Both the position numbers and the translations under genes were made by a program. A DNA stretch of 60,047 nt from an uncultured Erysipelotrichaceae bacterium. GTDB taxonomy: Bacteria > Bacillota_I > Bacilli_A > RF39 > UBA660. Position 1 is the stretch's first letter. Each line of letters opens with the position of its first letter. Below, piece by piece: positions 17,964 to 28,866 of this stretch. The notes beneath the pieces are model-generated. The model ran no database searches. It was not told where the DNA came from and saw only the letters and a program-made list of their open reading frames with translations. The stretch lies in the NCBI GenBank assembly GCA_902778125.1, contig CACYWH010000012.1:1-60047 (forward strand), read 5' to 3'.

Positions 17964-18557
17964 TTAACCCTCACGAACAACTTTTGTTTTTGCTAAAAGG
18001 TTATGTAAACCTTTTTCATCTTTCCTAAACAATATCATAATAATACCAATAAATACTATTGCCATATCTAAGAATTGTAAATAAGTTATCAAACTTAAAT
18101 ATGTACTTTTACTTGCTGCAAAAAATAATGTACTTGTTATTATTGTCATAAACACGCTATATCCTACACCAACATGAATTATCATTTGTAATAATGAAGG
18201 AGCTTCTCCATTGTCATTGGTTACTTTTACTTTCATTAGCTTTTTACCAATTGTTTGTCCCTTATTTAGAAACTGGAATCCTATAAAATAAACAATTGTT
18301 AAAACTAAATTAGCAACTGTACTATTAATACTAGCCTTTGCTAAATCATATTCAAATTCACTCATTACTTCAGCAGACATAGTTTCTCCTGCTTGTGCAG
18401 TTTCTCTTAAAGTTTCAAAATATCTTTCATAAGTATCATAATATTTATCTGTATCTATACTTATAAGTGGTATTTTTGAAAATATTGCAAGTATAAATGA
18501 TACTATTAACATATCAATTATATAAGCAAGAATTCTTCTAAATATAGTTTTTTGCAT
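17964..18557 (-). CDS. RDD family membrane protein
   Basis: FRRILAYIID, GQTIGKKLMKVKV, GLHNLLAKTKVV. Confidence 0.9.
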   Translation of the reverse strand: MQKTIFRRILAYIIDMLIVSFILAIFSKIPLISIDTDKYYDTYERYFETLRETAQAGETMSAEVMSEFEYDLAKASINSTVANLVLTIVYFIGFQFLNKGQTIGKKLMKVKVTNDNGEAPSLLQMIIHVGVGYSVFMTIITSTLFFAASKSTYLSLITYLQFLDMAIVFIGIIMILFRKDEKGLHNLLAKTKVVREG

Positions 18558-20008
18558 TATTTACCTCCCTGTTTTGGTTTTTTATAAAATATTGACATTA
18601 AACTTGATTTTTTCTTTAACAATCCAGTATTTTTAAAATTGTGATTTATATTCCAAAAAATTGTATTAGATAAGTCATAAACAGAACTTTCTACAAAAGA
18701 ATATTCAGTTTTTGAAATTGATTTATCTGCTATAACAACTGGAACTCTTGTAGAAAAATTAACTTTTTTAACCTCATGTCTACTATTATACATCTCTTTT
18801 TCAAAGCCATACAATGATGAAATAAATAATCCACAATTGTTGTTAGAAGCATATTCATATACTTTACCAATAACTTGATCTATTTTAGATAGTCTATTTT
18901 TTATATCATCAATTATTTTACATGTATTTATTTCATAATTAACAATTATTAATTCTTGAGGTGAAGAGGCTATAGTATTAACAAGAGTATCTGGATCATA
19001 TATAAAATCATTATCTGTAGGCATATATTTTAAGTCAACATCATTAGTATTTCTAAGACCCGTCATATAATAATTTATATATCCAAAATTATCTTTTTTA
19101 TCCATTATTAAGCATTTGGCATTAATACTCTTAAGGGAATTCAATGCATATGTTGATGATACCCCATAATTATATATAAATGGTATTTTAGCATTTTGAC
19201 ATCCAACTTGAAATAATGAATAAAATTTAATTGTTGATAAATTAATTGGTTTATATTTTTGTTCAATTAGTTCTTTTGTATAAGGAGTAACATCTAAAGT
19301 ATCATAATTGAAAAAGAAAATACTATCATTATCACTTAATGCAAAATCACTGTTTAATGAGAACGTTCTAGCATCAATAGGTAATGTTTTTCCACTATAT
19401 AAAACATCGATCTTTTTATTAGTGTCCTTCCATCTTTCTCCAGATTCTGTAACTAACATTTTAACAATATCTTTCATTGGTAAAAGATTTTTAGTATTAT
19501 TCTCGCCACTAACAAAACCAATCTTAACATTATCACCAAATTCATAATTAATAGAATTAATACATTTTTCTATTACTCTATAATCACTTAATCTTTTTTG
19601 AGTCAAAATCAAATGAATAAATATTTTAGATTTTGTTTTACTAATAGCTTCTTTTAAGAAAGTTGTTAAATGATATATAGTAGTTTCACTATCAAAGTAG
19701 CAAATAACGTGTAATTTAGCATTTGTTTGATTTAAATCATTATATAAATAATTTAGCATTTGATTTTTTTTATAACCTTCATTTGATATATCATTATTAA
19801 CTATACTATATGTTAATGATTCACCTATACCAATACTAAATTTTCTATATCCATCTTTATAATCCAATTCATTACTTGAAACTGTACCAAATATACCTGT
19901 ACTTGTTAACATATCCATATTTGGCATTAATTCTTTAGAATAAATATCTACAGAATCAACTTGCTCTACACCGAAACCATTTATTAATAATAGAATATTT
20001 TTCTTCAT
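18557..20008 (-). CDS. Cofactor-independent phosphoglycerate mutase (iPGM)-like protein with degenerate active site
   Basis: Length and layout resemble GpmI (LLLINGFG, KLHVI, IFFFNY, LIIVNY, FISSLYG, VPVVI, SVYDLSNTI) but the catalytic and metal motifs are substituted. Confidence 0.65.
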   Translation of the reverse strand: MKKNILLLINGFGVEQVDSVDIYSKELMPNMDMLTSTGIFGTVSSNELDYKDGYRKFSIGIGESLTYSIVNNDISNEGYKKNQMLNYLYNDLNQTNAKLHVICYFDSETTIYHLTTFLKEAISKTKSKIFIHLILTQKRLSDYRVIEKCINSINYEFGDNVKIGFVSGENNTKNLLPMKDIVKMLVTESGERWKDTNKKIDVLYSGKTLPIDARTFSLNSDFALSDNDSIFFFNYDTLDVTPYTKELIEQKYKPINLSTIKFYSLFQVGCQNAKIPFIYNYGVSSTYALNSLKSINAKCLIMDKKDNFGYINYYMTGLRNTNDVDLKYMPTDNDFIYDPDTLVNTIASSPQELIIVNYEINTCKIIDDIKNRLSKIDQVIGKVYEYASNNNCGLFISSLYGFEKEMYNSRHEVKKVNFSTRVPVVIADKSISKTEYSFVESSVYDLSNTIFWNINHNFKNTGLLKKKSSLMSIFYKKPKQGGK

Positions 20009-20034
20009 AGAACCTCCATTTTAATTATAACATT

Positions 20035-22671
20035 TTATTTTAAACTTTTGAATTTTTTATACATTTCCATTACAAATAATACTGGAATTGAAACCATTAT
20101 AAGTAAGAATAAATGGTAATATGGAACACTATTTATTTGTAAGAATCTTGATAGGAATGGTACTTCCATAACTATCATTTGTAGTAATATAGATCCAATA
20201 ATAATCCATAAAATAAATTTATTTTCTTTGAAATTCATTTTAAATATACTCTTTGTTTCACTCTTACAATTTAATACATGCATATTTTGCATAAATACCA
20301 TTAAAGCAAGAACATATCCTCTAGCTTCTACAGCGTTCATACCAATTTCCTTTACTAAAATATACCAGATACTAAATACTATTAATCCAATAAATAATCC
20401 AGATATTAATATTTGCTTTATTAATTCTTTTTCAAATAAACTTTCAGTTGTTTTTCTTGGTTTTTCTTTCATTATCGTATCAGTCTCTCTTTCAAAAGAA
20501 AGCCCGATGTCTTGTAATCCATCAGTTACAAGATTTAACCATAATAATTGAATAGCAACAAGTGGTATGGGTAAATTGAAAGCAATTGATAAAACAAAAA
20601 ATAATACTTCAGCAAAACCACAAGATAATAACATTATACTTATTTTTCTAATATTAGAATAAGCATTTCTTCCTTCTTCTATACCTGCGACAATGGAAGA
20701 AAAATTATCATCTACTACTATCATCTTAGCAGTTTCTTTTGCAACATCTGTTCCGCTACCCATAGCAATTCCAATATTAGCTGCTTTAATTGCCGGTGCA
20801 TCATTAACTCCATCACCGGTTACCGCCACAAATTCTCCTTGTCTTTTTAATGATTCAACAATCTTTAATTTTTGTAAAGGAGTTACTCTAGCAAAGACTT
20901 TTTTATCTTGAATAAATGAATCGAATTTATCTTCATCATCTATATAGAAATCTAAATCACTTCCGGTTACTACCTCATCCGAACTACTGGCGATTTCTAA
21001 TTCTCGAGCTATAGTATAAGCTGTTAATGCATGGTCGCCTGTTATCATTAAAACTTTAATTCCTGCTTCACTACATTCTTTTATAGAATTAATTGCTTCC
21101 TTTCTAACAGGATCTATAAAGCCAACAAGTCCAATGAAAGTTAAATCTTTTATGTCTCTTTCATCATATTTTTCTTCTGGATGAATACTACCATCACATA
21201 AAGCAATTACTCTATAACCTGCAGATGCTAATGAATCATTTTGCTTTAATATCTTTTCTTTATCTATTTTAATTTTTCTACCATTTTTATATTCAAATGA
21301 ACAAAAGTCAATTATTACTTCTACTGACCCTTTAGCAGTACAATATATTTTGTCTTCTTTCGTATAAAAAATAGCACTATATTTCTTTTCTGATTCATAT
21401 GGTATTTCATGTATCTTATTAACAGTCAAATTATTAACATCTAATTTTCTAGCAAGAGCTAAAAATGCTATGTCGATAGAATCTCCAAATTTTTTCCATT
21501 CTTTTTTTTCTTTTTCAAGCATTGCTCCATTATTTATTTTACCAAGACTAGCAATATATTTTGCATTTTCAATATTAGAATTATCTATCTCAATAACTTT
21601 ACCATCATCATTATAACCATTACCTTCAACTTCAAATGTTTCACCATTAGCAAGAACAATCATTTTAGCTGTTTGCTCATTAACAGTTAATGTACCAGTT
21701 TTATCACTTGCTATAACAGTACAACTTCCTAAACTTTCAACAGAATTTAATTTTTTAACAATTACATTCCTTTTAGCCATTTTGTTAGATGCAATAGTTA
21801 AAGCCATGGTAAGTGCTAAAGGTAACCCTTCTGGCATAGCTGATACTGAAAGAGCAACTACAGATAAGAATATATCCATTGGAGAATAACCCTTACTTAT
21901 TAAAACTATTCCGATTATAATAGATATTACTATTATGATAACTGTAATTTGCTTAGAAAATTTTTCCATTCTAATTGTTAATGGAGATTTAGTTTCTGCA
22001 GTGTCTGTTACCTTTTGTGCTATTTGTCCAATTTCAGTATTAATACCAGTAGAGGTTACTACTGCAATAGCCTTACCTGTTAAAACAGATGTACCTGCAT
22101 ACAACATATTCTTCTTAGTAGTATCAGTTAGTTTAATTTTATCACTACTTTTAACTACTCCAATACTCTCACCCGTTAAAATACTTTCATCAATAGTTAA
22201 GTTATTTGAATTAATAATTCTCATATCAGCTGGTATTTTGTTACCTGGTTCAATTGTTACTATATCTCCAGGTACTATCAAAGATGAATCTATTTCACAT
22301 GGTTTATTATCTCTTATTACACTAACATTCATTCTTATAAGATTTTTAAGTGCTTCAGAATTCTTCTTTGCTCTATATTCTTGTATAGTTGATACTATTG
22401 CATCTACTAAAATTATGAATAATATAGCACAAGCATCTAAAGTTTCTTTTGCTATAAAAGAAAGAATAGATGCCACTAACAAAACATAAATAATTGGATC
22501 TTTAAAGGATTCAAAAAATATTTGAATTACATCTTTCTGTTTTTCTTTAGGCAGTTCATTCAAACCATATTTTTTTAATCTATTATTTGCTTCGTTTTCA
22601 TTTAAACCATTTAATGATGATTTTAAATCTTTTAAAGCTATTTTACTATCAAAATATGCATAATCCTTCAT
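20035..22671 (-). CDS. P-type cation-transporting ATPase (type IIA, Ca2+-like)
   Basis: LTGES, PEGLP, DKTGTLT, MITGD, TGDGVNDAPA, LWLNLVTD. Confidence 0.95.
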   Translation of the reverse strand: MKDYAYFDSKIALKDLKSSLNGLNENEANNRLKKYGLNELPKEKQKDVIQIFFESFKDPIIYVLLVASILSFIAKETLDACAILFIILVDAIVSTIQEYRAKKNSEALKNLIRMNVSVIRDNKPCEIDSSLIVPGDIVTIEPGNKIPADMRIINSNNLTIDESILTGESIGVVKSSDKIKLTDTTKKNMLYAGTSVLTGKAIAVVTSTGINTEIGQIAQKVTDTAETKSPLTIRMEKFSKQITVIIIVISIIIGIVLISKGYSPMDIFLSVVALSVSAMPEGLPLALTMALTIASNKMAKRNVIVKKLNSVESLGSCTVIASDKTGTLTVNEQTAKMIVLANGETFEVEGNGYNDDGKVIEIDNSNIENAKYIASLGKINNGAMLEKEKKEWKKFGDSIDIAFLALARKLDVNNLTVNKIHEIPYESEKKYSAIFYTKEDKIYCTAKGSVEVIIDFCSFEYKNGRKIKIDKEKILKQNDSLASAGYRVIALCDGSIHPEEKYDERDIKDLTFIGLVGFIDPVRKEAINSIKECSEAGIKVLMITGDHALTAYTIARELEIASSSDEVVTGSDLDFYIDDEDKFDSFIQDKKVFARVTPLQKLKIVESLKRQGEFVAVTGDGVNDAPAIKAANIGIAMGSGTDVAKETAKMIVVDDNFSSIVAGIEEGRNAYSNIRKISIMLLSCGFAEVLFFVLSIAFNLPIPLVAIQLLWLNLVTDGLQDIGLSFERETDTIMKEKPRKTTESLFEKELIKQILISGLFIGLIVFSIWYILVKEIGMNAVEARGYVLALMVFMQNMHVLNCKSETKSIFKMNFKENKFILWIIIGSILLQMIVMEVPFLSRFLQINSVPYYHLFLLIMVSIPVLFVMEMYKKFKSLK

Positions 22672-22738
22672 ATCCTATCATCCTTATTATAATAATTATA
22701 AGATATTATACCTATTTTTTCAACAAAAATGGAACAAG

Positions 22739-23815
22739 TTAACTGCTTGTTCCAAGTGTTATATCAAACGTTTGATTTTCTTTTCCTCTAATAACGGTTA
22801 CTTTAATATTATCATTAGGTTTATATTTAAATAAATAATATCTTAATTCTGCTACATTTTTAACAGAATAATTTCCTATTTTAACTATAACATCACCTTT
22901 TTGAAGTTTAGCATTATAAGCAGGCCCTCCAGTTTCAACTTCATATATTATTACTCCTGAATTAATACTATCATCTAATGCAATTCCTCTTCTTAATAAA
23001 TAATATTTTGATGTTATATCACCCATACTAATACCTAAATATGCTCTTTTAATTTTTTCTCCTTTGACTATTGTACTAGCATATTCGATAGCATCTTCTA
23101 TTGGAATAGCAAATCCTATACCTTCTATTTGAGATTGAACTAACTTCATTGAATTAACGCCAATTACATCACCATTAACATTACAAAGTGGTCCACCACT
23201 ATTACCTGGATTTATTGCGGCGTCTGTTTGCATAACGTTCATAATCCAATCACTAGTATTTGAATTTACAGAAACTTCTACCATTCTATCTTTACCGCTA
23301 AGTATTCCTCTAGTTACAGTTCCTTTATAATCAGCGCTTATAGGTGAACCAATCGTAAATACAGTATCACCAACCTTGGTATCAGCGCTTTTACCAAGTT
23401 TAGCAACTTTAGTAGCATATTTAGGATCTATTTTAACTACTGCTATGTCAGCATATTCATCACTTCCAAGTACAGTAGCATCTATTGTTTCACCACTCAT
23501 TAATATTACTTTAATCTCGCTAGCATTTTCTACAACATGATGATTAGTCATAATATAGCCTGATGCATCATATATAAATCCAGAACCAATACCTGCTAAA
23601 GTATTACGCTGATAATTTTCAACTACTACAACAGAGTTATAAATATTATTTATTCCAGATGATAATCCCTCTTCTGTTACTGTAACATTTTTTTCTTCTT
23701 TGCTTATTGTTGTTATTACAGAACTAGGATTACGAGAAATAATAAAATACATTAATGCACACCCTGCAAAAACAGATAATATTATTGTCACAATATATAT
23801 TATAGTTTTTTTCAT
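22739..23815 (-). CDS. htrA: HtrA/DegP family serine protease with PDZ domain
   Basis: TM anchor, GSGFI, TNHHVV, QTDAAINPGNSGGPL, C-terminal PDZ. Confidence 0.93.
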   Translation of the reverse strand: MKKTIIYIVTIILSVFAGCALMYFIISRNPSSVITTISKEEKNVTVTEEGLSSGINNIYNSVVVVENYQRNTLAGIGSGFIYDASGYIMTNHHVVENASEIKVILMSGETIDATVLGSDEYADIAVVKIDPKYATKVAKLGKSADTKVGDTVFTIGSPISADYKGTVTRGILSGKDRMVEVSVNSNTSDWIMNVMQTDAAINPGNSGGPLCNVNGDVIGVNSMKLVQSQIEGIGFAIPIEDAIEYASTIVKGEKIKRAYLGISMGDITSKYYLLRRGIALDDSINSGVIIYEVETGGPAYNAKLQKGDVIVKIGNYSVKNVAELRYYLFKYKPNDNIKVTVIRGKENQTFDITLGTSS

Positions 23816-23824
23816 TATGCCTCC

Positions 23825-24754
23825 TTAATCAAGATAAACTATTTGTCTATAATTCTCTGGGAATCCCATTCTATATAAAACCTTTTGAATTTCAATAGAT
23901 TTTAATTTAGACTCTAACCAATCTATTTCATAATTTATTTCATTCATCATCATTTTAAAATCATCAGGTGTTAATAACTGCTTTAATATTATAATTAATG
24001 CGAATATATCTCTTTTTCCATAAATATATTCATCATCAACTTTAGGTATATTTAAAAGCTCATGATATCTACTATCAGCAATAGATTTTTGTGTTTCATG
24101 ATTGTACAAAATATCTTCATGGGCACATAAATTTCTATAATTAGATAATATAGATAAATAATCTTCTAAAACATCATCATCAATATTATAATAACTTGCT
24201 ATTTCCTCTTGATCTTCTTCTTTAATTATTGAGAAAAGTTCACTCATAAGGCCAAAGCTTAATACTTTAACTCCTACCCACATAGGAATATATCCATAAT
24301 TATTTATATAATGACTAGTTGCTTGATGTTGGTATCCATTTATTCTAATTTGTCTTTTTAATTTTCTAATCAAATCATTTATTTGTTTGATTTTATCTTT
24401 ACTTCTATCAAAGTTATTAACATTTAGATAATCTTTTTCTTTATAACCATATTTTTTACTTAAAACATAACTAAAAATAGACTTATAGTTATTTTCTACT
24501 ATTAAAATATTTTTAAATATAATATTTCTAAAAAATCTATCAAATGTAAATAAGGCATACATTTCTTCAAACGTAGACCCAGGCACAAATCTCTTAGAAC
24601 CAGTAACTAAAAAAGGTGAACGATAACCATTTAAAAAGAAATAATTTTCTCTTAAAAGTATCTCACTTGTTTTATCATAATCTCCTATAGTTAGCCCTTT
24701 ACTTTTAAGTATACTGATTTGCTCATCAATAGTTTTAAATACTTTTGCTGCCAC
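23825..24754 (-). CDS. Abi family (Abi_2, AbiD/AbiF-like) HEPN protein
   Basis: FKTIDEQISILKSKGL, NYFFL.GY, LFTFDR, IPMWV....SFG and the HEPN motif RNLCAH; GTG start. Confidence 0.85.
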   Translation of the reverse strand: MAAKVFKTIDEQISILKSKGLTIGDYDKTSEILLRENYFFLNGYRSPFLVTGSKRFVPGSTFEEMYALFTFDRFFRNIIFKNILIVENNYKSIFSYVLSKKYGYKEKDYLNVNNFDRSKDKIKQINDLIRKLKRQIRINGYQHQATSHYINNYGYIPMWVGVKVLSFGLMSELFSIIKEEDQEEIASYYNIDDDVLEDYLSILSNYRNLCAHEDILYNHETQKSIADSRYHELLNIPKVDDEYIYGKRDIFALIIILKQLLTPDDFKMMMNEINYEIDWLESKLKSIEIQKVLYRMGFPENYRQIVYLD

Positions 24755-24831
24755 TTTTCACTCTCTTTTCCACCCTATTATAATTATATCATTATTATAT
24801 TTCTTTTAAAATATTTTATTTTATTTTTACA

Positions 24832-25161
24832 TTATTTTCTAGTTTCTATATAATTAACTTTCCATACTTTAACTTTATCAAATAGTCTAAATTCTCTAGT
24901 TACCAATTGATAAAAAACAATATCATCATGAGATAAAGAAGATAAATGATATGTATTAATCACATTAAAGCCAACACTTTTAAATTCTTCTACGTATAAA
25001 TCATTATTATAACAATTAATATCATTAACATCACATGAAGTCTTATCAAGTATAACTATCGGATCAGCTGCTTCCATAAATTGCAATCTTAACCCTTCTT
25101 CACAAATAAAAATAACATATATTGATATCAAACTAATTATAAATTTTTTTAATGTTTTCAT
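24832..25161 (-). CDS. Small anchored exported protein (paralog of 5022..5342)
   Basis: N-terminal hydrophobic helix; EEGLRL...PIVILD..C and SVGF...EFRLF...VW. Confidence 0.7.
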   Translation of the reverse strand: MKTLKKFIISLISIYVIFICEEGLRLQFMEAADPIVILDKTSCDVNDINCYNNDLYVEEFKSVGFNVINTYHLSSLSHDDIVFYQLVTREFRLFDKVKVWKVNYIETRK

Positions 25162-25225
25162 ATTATCACCTACTATAAAAGTATTATAACATATTAAAAT
25201 AACTCATACGAGTTATTTTTAATAA

Positions 25226-26296
25226 TTATTCTAATATTTGTGTATCTATCGTAATTTTTTTGTTATCATAATCCACCGTAGCAGTAGCGTCATATGGAAT
25301 TATACATCTAGGTACACTATGTCCGAAATTAACATTATAAAGTACTGGAGTTTCTAAATCAGCAAACACTTTCCTATATACCTCTTTATATTCATCATAA
25401 TATTTTTCATCTATTGGTTTACCAACTATGATACCTTTAATCAAATTAAATATGTTTCTTTCTTTGAATTCCATTAACATTTTTTCAAGCTTTTCTGGTT
25501 CTGCTTTTTCTTCACTTGTTTCTAAGAACAATATTTTTTCAGTCCACTCTTCTTCATTAGGCAAAATATTATATTTTTTATAAATATCTTTTTCATCACT
25601 ATATCTAGATCCTGTAAAAGCATCATATAAACTTTCTATGCATCCTCCATATAGTTTTCCAGTTAATTTTCCACTTCCATTAAGAGTTTCATAGCCATGC
25701 TCTTCAACATGAGACTTTCTAGGAATACCAAGTTGTTCTTCACCATAACTTTCTCTGTCATAATACCATACATCACTAGATTCTATTTCATAATTTGATT
25801 CGTTCATAAAAAACTTTTCAAAATATTTCTTAGTATATGGAAGCATTTCAGTATCTAGTTCAGCTAAATCAACAAGTAAACATGGTCCATAAAATGTTGA
25901 TAAGCCCAATCTATTTAGCATTATATGATTATTAGTTGTATCTGAAAATCCCATAAATATTTTTGGATTATTTTTAACTGCATCAACAAATTCCTTATCA
26001 TCCATTAAATATGGAATTGTTTTATATGTGTCATCCCCTCCAATAGCGCAAATTATTCCCTTTATTTCAGGATTCATAAATGCTGTTTTTAAATCCGCAG
26101 CTCTTTCTTCTGGATGTTTTTCTAAATAATCCATATCTTTTAATGCATTTGGCATAATAACAGGCTCTAATCCAAAATCTTTTAATCTTTTTATACCAAG
26201 ATCCAATTCATGTTTACAAAAAGGCATGCCAAGTAATCCTCTTGATAAACTTACTATAGCTATCTTATCTCCTTTATTAAATCTTTTTGGTTTCAT
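25226..26296 (-). CDS. S66 family peptidase (LD-carboxypeptidase/MccF-like)
   Basis: AIGGDD, FMGFSDTT, LFLETSE, FGH catalytic motifs. Confidence 0.92.
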   Translation of the reverse strand: MKPKRFNKGDKIAIVSLSRGLLGMPFCKHELDLGIKRLKDFGLEPVIMPNALKDMDYLEKHPEERAADLKTAFMNPEIKGIICAIGGDDTYKTIPYLMDDKEFVDAVKNNPKIFMGFSDTTNNHIMLNRLGLSTFYGPCLLVDLAELDTEMLPYTKKYFEKFFMNESNYEIESSDVWYYDRESYGEEQLGIPRKSHVEEHGYETLNGSGKLTGKLYGGCIESLYDAFTGSRYSDEKDIYKKYNILPNEEEWTEKILFLETSEEKAEPEKLEKMLMEFKERNIFNLIKGIIVGKPIDEKYYDEYKEVYRKVFADLETPVLYNVNFGHSVPRCIIPYDATATVDYDNKKITIDTQILE

Positions 26297-26365
26297 ACTA
26301 TCACTCCCAACCTAATTATATCACATTTAAAAAATCACTTAGCTAAAATAGTTAAGTGATTTAAT

Positions 26366-27157
26366 TTATTCAATATTAACTCCTTTATTTAATTCCTTTT
26401 TACATAATATACTCATTAATCCTATTATTAAGATATATATTAAGATAGATAATACAATAAGTAATTTCATTGACGAAGTATCTATTAAAACATTATTTGT
26501 AAATAAGTTCATAATACTACTATCAAATAATCCAAATATAAATAATAACAGTAATACAATACTCTGAGATACTATATAAGATACAAATCCAAATAATACA
26601 GATAATCCTATTTTTCCATTATTATTTTTATAGCCTAATATGATTCCAAAAAAGCCACATTGGATAGCATTAAATACTTCTAGGAAAACAACAGCAATAA
26701 AGCTTATAACAAAAAGCGTAGTATTAAATTCTAAACCAGTAGTAATTGCATTTATTACGCCCTTTAATTCTAACCACCTATCTTTTGTATAATATGCAAT
26801 AAATAAGCTTAACAATATTATCAGGAATCCAAATATAAAGAATACTAAAGTTTGTATAAATTTAGAATTATAAATATCATTTTTAGTAACTGGTAAAGTG
26901 TGAGTTAAATAAGATTCATCTTTATAAATAGAATCTCTAAACCTTATCCAACTTCTCATCATAGTGTTAATTAAAATATTAACAATCATAGCAAATAAAC
27001 AACCTACACTAATTTGACCAATAATCTTAACCATTACTGTTTCATTTAAAGAAAATAAAATTCTAGTAGTTATAGAGAAAAATAATGATAGTATATAGAA
27101 TACACTCATATTTTTAATCATATATTTTAAATCATACTTTAATAATTTATTTAGCAT
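26366..27157 (-). CDS. ABC transporter permease (YtrC-like)
   Basis: KLLKYD N-terminus, YLTHTLPV motif, about six TM helices. Confidence 0.85.
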   Translation of the reverse strand: MLNKLLKYDLKYMIKNMSVFYILSLFFSITTRILFSLNETVMVKIIGQISVGCLFAMIVNILINTMMRSWIRFRDSIYKDESYLTHTLPVTKNDIYNSKFIQTLVFFIFGFLIILLSLFIAYYTKDRWLELKGVINAITTGLEFNTTLFVISFIAVVFLEVFNAIQCGFFGIILGYKNNNGKIGLSVLFGFVSYIVSQSIVLLLLFIFGLFDSSIMNLFTNNVLIDTSSMKLLIVLSILIYILIIGLMSILCKKELNKGVNIE

Positions 27158-27855
27158 TTGAATGTCCTCCTGAATATTTCATCTATTGATGATTTTTCTT
27201 TATTTCTAAGTTTATCAGCTTCACTCTGTAGTACTATTTTTCCTTTATCTATAAATACAACCTCATCTAAAATTCTTTCAATATCAGATATTAAGTGTGT
27301 AGAAATAATAACGCTAGCATTCTCATTAAAATTTGAAAGTATAGTATCCAAAATATAGTCTCTAGTAGCAGGATCAACCCCACCTAACGGCTCATCTAAT
27401 ATATATAATTTTGCTTTTCTTGACATAACCAAAACAAGTTGAACTTTTTCTTGCATACCTTTACTCATTTTTGAAAGTGGTTTATTAATATCCAAGTCTA
27501 AATCCTTTAATAATTTTTCTGCTTTATCATAATCAAAGTCTGAATAAAAATCTTTGAAATATTTCATTACTTCTGATACTTTCATTTGTTTATTTAAATA
27601 TGTTCTTTCAGGTAAATAAGAAACTATTTTTTTAGATTCAACACCAACTTTTTTACCATTTATTAAGATTTCTCCACTTGTTGGAGTTAATAAATCATTG
27701 ATTAATTTAATTAATGTTGTTTTTCCTGCACCATTCTTACCCAATAATCCTATTATTTTACCACCAGAAACACTTAAGTTAATATCTTTTAATATTTCTT
27801 TATTATCAAAGGATTTATTTAAATTTTTAATTTCTAATAGTTTTATATTACTCAT
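27151..27855 (-). CDS. ABC transporter ATP-binding protein (YtrB-like)
   Basis: GKNGAGKT, MSKGM, ILDEP, ISTH. Confidence 0.93.
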   Translation of the reverse strand: MSNIKLLEIKNLNKSFDNKEILKDINLSVSGGKIIGLLGKNGAGKTTLIKLINDLLTPTSGEILINGKKVGVESKKIVSYLPERTYLNKQMKVSEVMKYFKDFYSDFDYDKAEKLLKDLDLDINKPLSKMSKGMQEKVQLVLVMSRKAKLYILDEPLGGVDPATRDYILDTILSNFNENASVIISTHLISDIERILDEVVFIDKGKIVLQSEADKLRNKEKSSIDEIFRRTFKC

Positions 27856-28207
27856 CTATTTCCTCCAAATACTTGATTGAATCTGCTTTCCCTAAACCAA
27901 TTCTTTTCATGCCTTGAAAATAACTTTTAGCAAGTGTCATAGCATATTCATCTTTTAATTTTTCAATTAATTTTTCATCCTTTGTAACATACTTACCATT
28001 TGTTCTTTCTGTATATATTAGTTTCATACCTTCTAATTCTACAAGCGCTTTTTGCATAGTATTTGGATTTACTTTAAAAGTATTAGCAAATTCTCTAACA
28101 GATGGTAATTTCTCTCCACTTTTAAAAGTCCCTGAAATAAGATAAATTTTCATATATTCCAATAGTTGGATATATATTGGAATATTATTATCAAAAGAAA
28201 TTTCCAT
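27848..28207 (-). CDS. GntR family regulator, YtrA subfamily
   Basis: PIYIQ, KLPSVRE, VNPNTMQKA; short C-terminus; heads an ABC operon. Confidence 0.92.
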   Translation of the reverse strand: MEISFDNNIPIYIQLLEYMKIYLISGTFKSGEKLPSVREFANTFKVNPNTMQKALVELEGMKLIYTERTNGKYVTKDEKLIEKLKDEYAMTLAKSYFQGMKRIGLGKADSIKYLEEIDE

Positions 28208-28217
28208 AATTTCACCT

Positions 28218-28274
28218 CATTGTATTACTTGATTAATACAATGATATTGTATATCGAATTACATATAATGTCAA
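28218..28274 (-). promoter_or_regulatory. YtrA-type operator and SigA promoter
   Basis: Palindrome CATTGTATTA-6-TAATACAATG (28218-28243); -35 TTGACA (28269-28274), 17 bp, -10 TACAAT (28246-28251). Confidence 0.8.
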
Positions 28275-28306
28275 TATAAAAAAGACTTATTATAAAGTCT
28301 TTAATA

Positions 28307-28816
28307 TTATTGTCTCTTTATTGTTAAACATATTCCTATAATTGATCCAATTAATAATAGTGGTGACACTCTCATAAACACCCATATAAAGGTATGAATT
28401 CCAACTCCTAACACGGCTAATTCAGGATTACTATAATTCCATTCCATATATTCATTTCCAAACGTTAGTAAACATAGAAATATTATGATTAATAAAATGC
28501 ACGTAGTTATAAAGAAATAGTGCCAAAACTTTCGCTTACTTTCTTTTCTTTGGGCTAGTTCTAAATTAATTAATTCAAGTTTTTCAGATATTTCTTTTAA
28601 ATTATCAGTTTTATCTTCAAAAATTGTTTCTCCAAGCAATGTACTTACAGAAGTATCTAATACCTTTGATAAAGATATTAACATCTCTGAATCAGGAACT
28701 GATAAACCTGTCTCCCATTTTGATACTGTTTGTCTCACCACATTTAACTTAATACTTAATTCTTCTTGTGAAAGTCCTTTTTTCTTTCTTAAAGATTTTA
28801 TATTATCTTTTAGCAT
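28307..28816 (-). CDS. XRE-family HTH regulator with two C-terminal TM helices
   Basis: SQEELSIKLNVVRQTVSKWETG plus two hydrophobic segments. Confidence 0.88.
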   Translation of the reverse strand: MLKDNIKSLRKKKGLSQEELSIKLNVVRQTVSKWETGLSVPDSEMLISLSKVLDTSVSTLLGETIFEDKTDNLKEISEKLELINLELAQRKESKRKFWHYFFITTCILLIIIFLCLLTFGNEYMEWNYSNPELAVLGVGIHTFIWVFMRVSPLLLIGSIIGICLTIKRQ

Positions 28817-28866
28817 TTAAATAATTCTCCCTTCGACAAGATAATTTTATTATACTATTTCCGTTG

